A stretch of DNA of 64,000 nt from contig JAOZGC010000002.1 of NCBI GenBank assembly GCA_027491915.1, positions 1 to 64,000 on the forward strand, read 5' to 3'. Numbering within the stretch: the first letter of the stretch is position 1; each line of letters begins with the position of its first letter. The notes under the pieces were generated by a model. That model was given only the letters and a program-made list of their open reading frames with translations. It was not told the origin of the DNA and did no database searches. Below, in pieces: positions 58,681 to 64,000 of the stretch. The DNA is from Thermoproteota archaeon. GTDB lineage: Archaea; Korarchaeota; Korarchaeia; Korarchaeales; Korarchaeaceae. The position numbers and the translations under genes were made by a program.

Positions 58681-60003
58681 CTGAACCTCCGGCTGAGGTT
58701 CTTGGGAGGGGCCGGGCAGGTCGGCCGATCTTCGATAGAGGTGGTCTACGGACGGACCAGATTGATACTGGACTCTGGGATACACCCAGGCGAGACCGGC
58801 GCCGGGAGGTATCCCCTCCGCCCGGACGGCGACCCAGATTTCCTCATCGTGACTCACGCTCACGTGGACCACTCCGGATACTCCCCGGCCCTGGTCAGGG
58901 AATACGGCTGCGACGTCGTCGCTACCCCCCCAACCAGGGACTTCTCCGAGCCCCTGCTCGTCGACGGCATCAACCTGACCCCGAGGGGGGAGAACCCCCC
59001 CTACTCCAACGAGGACGTCATGGCGCTGAGGAGGAAGGAAAAGCCGGTTAGATACGGGGAGGATCTGAGCCTGGGAGAGATCACCCTCAGGCTGCTGGAT
59101 GCGGGTCACGTCTTGGGAAGCGCCATGGTCCACCTGGAGGCCGACGACGGCCCCAGTCTGCTCTACACCGGGGATATCAACGTCGGGCGGACGAGGATTC
59201 TCTCGGGGGCCGAACCCTCCCCGCCGCCTGTGGATTACCTGATAATAGAGTCGACCTATGGGGGAGACGAGGATAGGCACCCGGCCAGGAAGAGGGTCGA
59301 GAAGAAGTTCGCCTCAGACATTTCTCAGACGATTAAATCGGGCGGCTCCGTCCTGATACCGGCCTTCGCCCTCGGCAGGGCCCAGGAGGTGCTGATGACC
59401 CTCATATCTTACATGGAATCCGGGGTCATTCCGGAGGTCCCCGTATTCATAGACGGCATGATACGTGAGATAAACAGAATATCCTCCCTTTACTGGAGTT
59501 GGATGAGGCCGGAGATAAGGAACAGGGTACGTCGGAGCAGGAGGATGCCCTTCGAACATCCCTATATCGAGCCCGTCGACGACCGGTCGGAGATCCTGGA
59601 GATCGCGGAGCCGCACATTGTGGTCACGACCTCCGGGATGCTCCAAGGGGGACCAGTCGTGGAGTACCTACCCAGATACGCGGTAAATCCGCAGAATCTC
59701 ATCTATCTCACCGGTTACCAAGTCAGGGGGACCAGAGGAAGAGACCTGCTGGAGGGGAGGAGGAAAGTCTCCCTTCCGGGAGGAGGGACCTTGGAGGTCA
59801 GGTCCAGGGTAGAGTTTGCGGATTTCTCTGCGCATTCCGATCAAAGTGGGCTCCTCCAATACATTTCTAGGATCCCAGATCTGAAGGAGGTCCTGATAGT
59901 GCACGGAGAACCGAAGAAAGCCAGACAACTGAGATCTAAGGTGGAGAGGAGGGGGCTCATGGCCTACGTGCCCTCGGTGGGAGAGAGGCTCTCACTAGGT
60001 TAA
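58681..60003 (+). CDS. Beta-CASP metallo-beta-lactamase ribonuclease (aCPSF-like)
   Basis: FLGGAGQVGRS, THAHVDH, AGHVLGS, ESTYG, FSAHSD; probable CTG start at 58681. Confidence 0.92.
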   Translation: MNLRLRFLGGAGQVGRSSIEVVYGRTRLILDSGIHPGETGAGRYPLRPDGDPDFLIVTHAHVDHSGYSPALVREYGCDVVATPPTRDFSEPLLVDGINLTPRGENPPYSNEDVMALRRKEKPVRYGEDLSLGEITLRLLDAGHVLGSAMVHLEADDGPSLLYTGDINVGRTRILSGAEPSPPPVDYLIIESTYGGDEDRHPARKRVEKKFASDISQTIKSGGSVLIPAFALGRAQEVLMTLISYMESGVIPEVPVFIDGMIREINRISSLYWSWMRPEIRNRVRRSRRMPFEHPYIEPVDDRSEILEIAEPHIVVTTSGMLQGGPVVEYLPRYAVNPQNLIYLTGYQVRGTRGRDLLEGRRKVSLPGGGTLEVRSRVEFADFSAHSDQSGLLQYISRIPDLKEVLIVHGEPKKARQLRSKVERRGLMAYVPSVGERLSLG

Positions 60004-60065
60004 TATCCTGGTATTAAAATCGCCTGCTCAAGATAAAAACCCGGCGTGGCCCACCCAAGTGGGAT

Positions 60066-60725
60066 ATGCCCTACGGTGCCGTCGCGCTCGAGGAGAGGAG
60101 ATCCTTGAATCCAATATCCTGGCTGATGAGGGTCATCAGGAGGACCAGGAGGCTGAATCTGGGCATATACGGTCCGGTGAACTCAGGCAAGACCACCCTC
60201 GCCAATAGGATAGCCGCCGACTTCGGCGGCGGCGAGGTGGGCAGCGTCAGCAGAGTCCCTCACGAAACTAGAGAGGTCCAGTTCAGCGAGCAGATAGACA
60301 TGAGGTTGGACGGCGCCGGGAGGATCCTGCTGACCGTGGTCGACACCCCAGGCCTGGCCACCAAGATAACGTATAGGACCTTCCTTAGATATGGTTTCAA
60401 GAAGAGCGAAGCCCTAAAAAGGGCTAGAGAGGCCGCTAAGGGAGTTGTCGAGGCCATAAGATCCCTGGATCTTGTGGACGCGGCCCTGATGGTGTTAGAC
60501 TCCACAAAGGATCCGCTGATGCAGGTCAACCTCATACTCCTCGGAAACCTACAGGCCAGGTCTATCCCGACGATTGTGGTCGCCAACAAGATAGACCTCC
60601 CCCACTCCCAGCCTTGGAAGGTTCAGGGGGCCTACCCAGACTACACGGTCATTCCCGTATCCGCCCTGAGGGGGACCAACTTCGATAAGTTGTACAGGGC
60701 GATAGCGGAGGTGGCCAGAAAGTGA
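60066..60725 (+). CDS. oapA: Era-like small GTPase, OapA/ArvA family
   Basis: GIYGPVNSGKTTLAN, PHETR, DTPG, A..RAREAAKGV, NKIDL. Confidence 0.82.
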   Translation: MPYGAVALEERRSLNPISWLMRVIRRTRRLNLGIYGPVNSGKTTLANRIAADFGGGEVGSVSRVPHETREVQFSEQIDMRLDGAGRILLTVVDTPGLATKITYRTFLRYGFKKSEALKRAREAAKGVVEAIRSLDLVDAALMVLDSTKDPLMQVNLILLGNLQARSIPTIVVANKIDLPHSQPWKVQGAYPDYTVIPVSALRGTNFDKLYRAIAEVARK

Positions 60726-60994
60726 GGGGAATAATAGTCTATAGGGAACCGCCCTCTAAGGAAGAGATGCTAGACGGATTGTCCAGGGGAGACGTGTTGG
60801 TTCTCCCGTCGGCCAGGCCAGAGGAAGTCGTGGCCCTCTTGGAGGAGATCTTAGAGTCTGAGACCGTCGGCGACGATCCCGTGGGTTTCGAGTCGGAGTT
60901 CTTAGGACCGGACGGACCGGCGGTTATAGTGCCTCCGAGATCTGCCCGCCTGAAGAGGTCTAAGAACCGCATAATAATAGACGTGGTGGGTTAA
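60722..60994 (+). CDS. Small protein in the OapB (DUF2073) position
   Basis: GTGA-coupled; GDVLVL..PEE, AVIVP resemble DUF2073 weakly. Confidence 0.55.
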   Translation: MRGIIVYREPPSKEEMLDGLSRGDVLVLPSARPEEVVALLEEILESETVGDDPVGFESEFLGPDGPAVIVPPRSARLKRSKNRIIIDVVG

Positions 60995-60995
60995 A

Positions 60996-61310
60996 TTGGC
61001 ATTCATGGCGGTGGTCGTCTGTCACCGCTGCGGGTTCTCCAAGATCTATCCGGCGGAGGACGTCCCGGAGGGATGTCCATCCTGCGGGTTCGGAGACCTC
61101 TCGGTATCAGTCTTTAAGGGATGGGATTCGTCCCTCAACGATCGTCGTCCCAGAAAGTTTGGGAAGCCTAGTTTCAGGAAGAGAAGGGTTGCGGTTCCCA
61201 TACTGAAGGTCGACGAGGGCAGGTTTCTGCTTAACCTGCCTCTGCTCTTTGAAGCCGATCCGGCGCCGATAGCCGAGCTGGGGTCGGGAGAATTCGAGCT
61301 TATAACCTAA
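60996..61310 (+). CDS. Zinc-ribbon protein, OapC (DUF2072)-like
   Basis: CHRCG..GCPSCG, GRFLLNL..LF, GSGEF. Confidence 0.7.
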   Translation: MAFMAVVVCHRCGFSKIYPAEDVPEGCPSCGFGDLSVSVFKGWDSSLNDRRPRKFGKPSFRKRRVAVPILKVDEGRFLLNLPLLFEADPAPIAELGSGEFELIT

Positions 61311-62117
61311 TCAATCCCGCAGCATCTTGCGTCCCACCACCAGGAACGCGGTGTGGCCGATCATCCTGGCCGAGGGCCTGGTCCTCCTCTCGTCGACGTC
61401 GTACTCCCTATCAAGTATCTCGTGGACCTCTATCAATCCGAAGCCCTCCTCCCTCGCCGCGTTGACGAGCTTTGGTATCTGCTCGCAAGATGGGATCAGC
61501 GCGGCAAAGGGTCTCCCTGGCTTGAGGGCCCGCCAAGCGGAGGACAGCGCGTTCCAGGGATCACCTATGTCTATAAAGAAGGAATCGACCTCCTCCTCAA
61601 CCACGTCGGATGTGATGTCCCCGAGCTTGAATTCCACGTTGGTCGCGCCCAGCCTTTCGAGGTTCTTCTTGGCCAGCTTAAGAAATCTATCATCTATCTC
61701 ATAGGTTACGACCCTGCCGCTCCCACCAACAGCCCTCGATAGGGCGAACGCCAGAGCCCCAGAGCCGGTCCCCCCCTCAACCACGACGTCCCCTGGCTTG
61801 ACGTCCGCTCTCATCAGCAAGAAGGCAATATCCTTCGGATAGGCTATCTGCGTCTTCCTCGGAAATTTCTCTATTACCTCAGCCGCCGTGGGCGGTAAGA
61901 CGAGGACGCGATCTCCGCGGCTGGTCTTGGTGGAGGTCCCCCACTCCGCCCCTATCAGATCTCCGAGATCCACGAATCCCCTGTGGGTATGAAATCTCTC
62001 CCTCCTCACCCTGACCAGGTACTTCTTCGGCCCACCTCTCCTTCGCTCGAGGACCAGCAGAGCCAGGTCTTCCTCCTTGATAGGCAATTCCCACCGCACT
62101 CTCCACTTTCCTCCCAC
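61311..62117 (-). CDS. trmI: tRNA (adenine-N1)-methyltransferase
   Basis: TQIAYPKD, EGGTGSG, DPW, GHTAFL. Confidence 0.93.
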   Translation of the reverse strand: MGGKWRVRWELPIKEEDLALLVLERRRGGPKKYLVRVRRERFHTHRGFVDLGDLIGAEWGTSTKTSRGDRVLVLPPTAAEVIEKFPRKTQIAYPKDIAFLLMRADVKPGDVVVEGGTGSGALAFALSRAVGGSGRVVTYEIDDRFLKLAKKNLERLGATNVEFKLGDITSDVVEEEVDSFFIDIGDPWNALSSAWRALKPGRPFAALIPSCEQIPKLVNAAREEGFGLIEVHEILDREYDVDERRTRPSARMIGHTAFLVVGRKMLRD

Positions 62118-62328
62118 CCTTTTGAACTTTTCACTGCTCTCTTGACCCGCGTCCCCTACCGGGAGTTCAAACAGGCAGCCGCGCGATCAGCCCCCTCCCC
62201 CGGGCGTCCATCGGCGTCGACGAGCGGCGAACCTGAAAACATTTTTATTCGCCTGCCGCCTTATGTTGGTGGGGTCCCCCTCGGTGGGCGGGCCTCTCCC
62301 GGTCAGCCTCTGACTGCGATGCGGGGGA

Positions 62329-62571
62329 GTGAGTTTGAAGGTCTTGTTGGATGCCCACCTGAGGATCTTACGGAAACTCGAACGTGCCGGCGACGACGGT
62401 CTGGTCGCGTCCGAACTCGTCCCGGACAGGGTGGCAAGGGATTTCGTGCTCAAATTCCTTTATTCTAACGGTCTGATAGACAGGAGGAGGAGGTTCAGAG
62501 GCGAGAGGATCTTCATAACGAGTAAAGGGCTCCATCTTCTTAAGACCTTCGGCGACGGGGGCCGGATATAG
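62329..62571 (+). CDS. Small winged-helix protein
   Basis: L..NGLI...IFITSKG..LL. Confidence 0.65.
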   Translation: MSLKVLLDAHLRILRKLERAGDDGLVASELVPDRVARDFVLKFLYSNGLIDRRRRFRGERIFITSKGLHLLKTFGDGGRI

Positions 62572-62607
62572 GCCCCCCTCCCCTAATTTTCTCTTCCGGG
62601 GATCCGC

Positions 62608-64000
62608 TTGGCGCACTTCACCGTCCGCGCCAGAGACGCCGCCGCCAGGTTGGGGCGGCTATCGACCGGGCATGGTACCCTGGACACCCCCCTGCTCTAC
62701 CCGGTGTACAATCCTAATCAACCGTTAGTCAGTCCGAGGGAGATGAGGGAGGCCGGCGCCCAGGCGATCATGACGAATTCCTACATCCTCTACAAGAGCG
62801 GGCACCTAAGAGAGGCGGCCCTAGAGAGGGGGGTACACGGTCTCTTGGACTTCGATGGCGTGGTGGCAACCGACTCCGGGGCGTATCAGCTCTACAGGTA
62901 TGGCAAGATTGACGTCTCGAACTTGGACGTGATAAGATTCCAGCATGCCATAGGGGCCGACGTGGGGAGTATAGTAGACGTTCCCATGTCCGACAGGATC
63001 GGCAGGGAGGAGGCGGAGCGGGGCGTCGCCAAGACCATAGAGGCCGCGAGAGAGTGGGCCAGCATCAGGGACGAGTTGGAGGGCACCCTCTGGATCGGAA
63101 CACCTCAGGGTTCCGTGTATCAGGACCTGGCGGAGAGGGCGGCGCGGGAACTGGCCAGCCTCCCCTTCGACTACTATGGCGTCGGCTCGCTCAAGATCGC
63201 CCTAGAGGAGTACAGGTACTCGACCCAGGTGGATCACTTTATCGCGGTTAGACGGAGGCTCCCAGCGGGGAAGCCCGTCCACTTCTGGGGGGTAGGACAC
63301 CCGTCGACCTTCGCCCTGTTCGCGGCCATGGGCGCCGACAGCTTCGACTCGGCCGCCTACGCCCTATTTGCACGGGACTTGCGCTACATGACGCCGGAGG
63401 GCACCCTTACACTCGGTGAGATAGAAGAATTTCCCTGCTCATGCCCGATATGTTCAAAATATGATCCGAAAGATCTGAAAAACATGCCAAGAGAGGAGGC
63501 CGTTCGCCTGATCGCCCTTCACAATCTGTACGTCTCCTTCTCTGAGATGAGGAGGGTGAGGGAGGCCATAAGGGGGGGTTGGCTCTGGGAACTGGTTCAG
63601 GAGAGGGTGCGCTCCCACCCGAGGCTGTTGGAGGCCTTATACAGGCTGCTCTCCGGTCACTCAGACTATCTGGAGGAGAGAGAGCCCTTCACCAAGAGGA
63701 CCGGTCTCTTCTACTCTGGGATCGAGACTGCCATGAGGCCTGAGGTCGTGAGGGCGCGGAGATTGCTCAATAGATTTGACGGGGGAAGGAAAATAAGGAT
63801 CCCCTTATTTGGGGAGGTCCCGGTCGGACTGAGGTATACCTACCCCTTCGGTCATATTTCGGCGCCCTCGTGGGATGAAAGGGGCATCTTGGATCCAGAT
63901 CCCACTGAGATTCTGACGTCGGTGCTCACGTACCAATTCGGCTCCGAGGCCAAGCTGGCCTTCTCCGATCCCAGGGTCGAGACCTCAAAATCGACCGGGA
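62608..64000 (+). CDS. tgtA: Archaeosine tRNA-guanine(15) transglycosylase (runs off the window)
   Basis: Manual translation: RDAAARLG..TP, MTNSY, TDSGAYQ, PVHFWG, DSFDSAAY, CSCPIC, HNL. Confidence 0.93.
   Translation, partial: MAHFTVRARDAAARLGRLSTGHGTLDTPLLYPVYNPNQPLVSPREMREAGAQAIMTNSYILYKSGHLREAALERGVHGLLDFDGVVATDSGAYQLYRYGKIDVSNLDVIRFQHAIGADVGSIVDVPMSDRIGREEAERGVAKTIEAAREWASIRDELEGTLWIGTPQGSVYQDLAERAARELASLPFDYYGVGSLKIALEEYRYSTQVDHFIAVRRRLPAGKPVHFWGVGHPSTFALFAAMGADSFDSAAYALFARDLRYMTPEGTLTLGEIEEFPCSCPICSKYDPKDLKNMPREEAVRLIALHNLYVSFSEMRRVREAIRGGWLWELVQERVRSHPRLLEALYRLLSGHSDYLEEREPFTKRTGLFYSGIETAMRPEVVRARRLLNRFDGGRKIRIPLFGEVPVGLRYTYPFGHISAPSWDERGILDPDPTEILTSVLTYQFGSEAKLAFSDPRVETSKSTG

Noticed and set aside
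1-64000. CRISPR array, rRNA, IS transposase
   Set aside because: No regularly spaced repeats, rRNA-like sequence or transposase motifs seen

Overview
GC-rich archaeal chromosome segment, most likely TACK/Thermoproteota and possibly Korarchaeia-like (inferred from Rpo8, the gins23-mcm pair and the exosome superoperon). Most of the window is housekeeping: the exosome/proteasome/RNase P superoperon, ribosomal proteins, aIF5B/aIF2-gamma, cdc6, rfcL/rfcS, gins23-mcm(intein)-hel308, tRNA-modification genes, an oapABC-like operon and six tRNAs. The standout is a ~10.8-kb integrated mobile element (17068-27856) bounded by a 21-bp direct repeat. That repeat is not part of a tRNA gene. It is the 3' end of a box C/D guide sRNA gene (27837-27895, minus strand). 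The D guide of this sRNA is antisense to the anticodon arm of the tRNA-Leu(CAA) encoded in this window and predicts Cm34, so the att core reads like a tRNA anticodon loop. The element encodes a tyrosine integrase, a second small tyrosine recombinase plus a truncated paralog, an RHH protein, a HerA/VirB4-like ATPase, a PD-(D/E)XK nuclease and a P-loop replication protein ending in a GINS B-like domain. It also carries a perfect, palindrome-rich 119-bp inverted repeat. All calls come from manual motif reading; no database searches were run.
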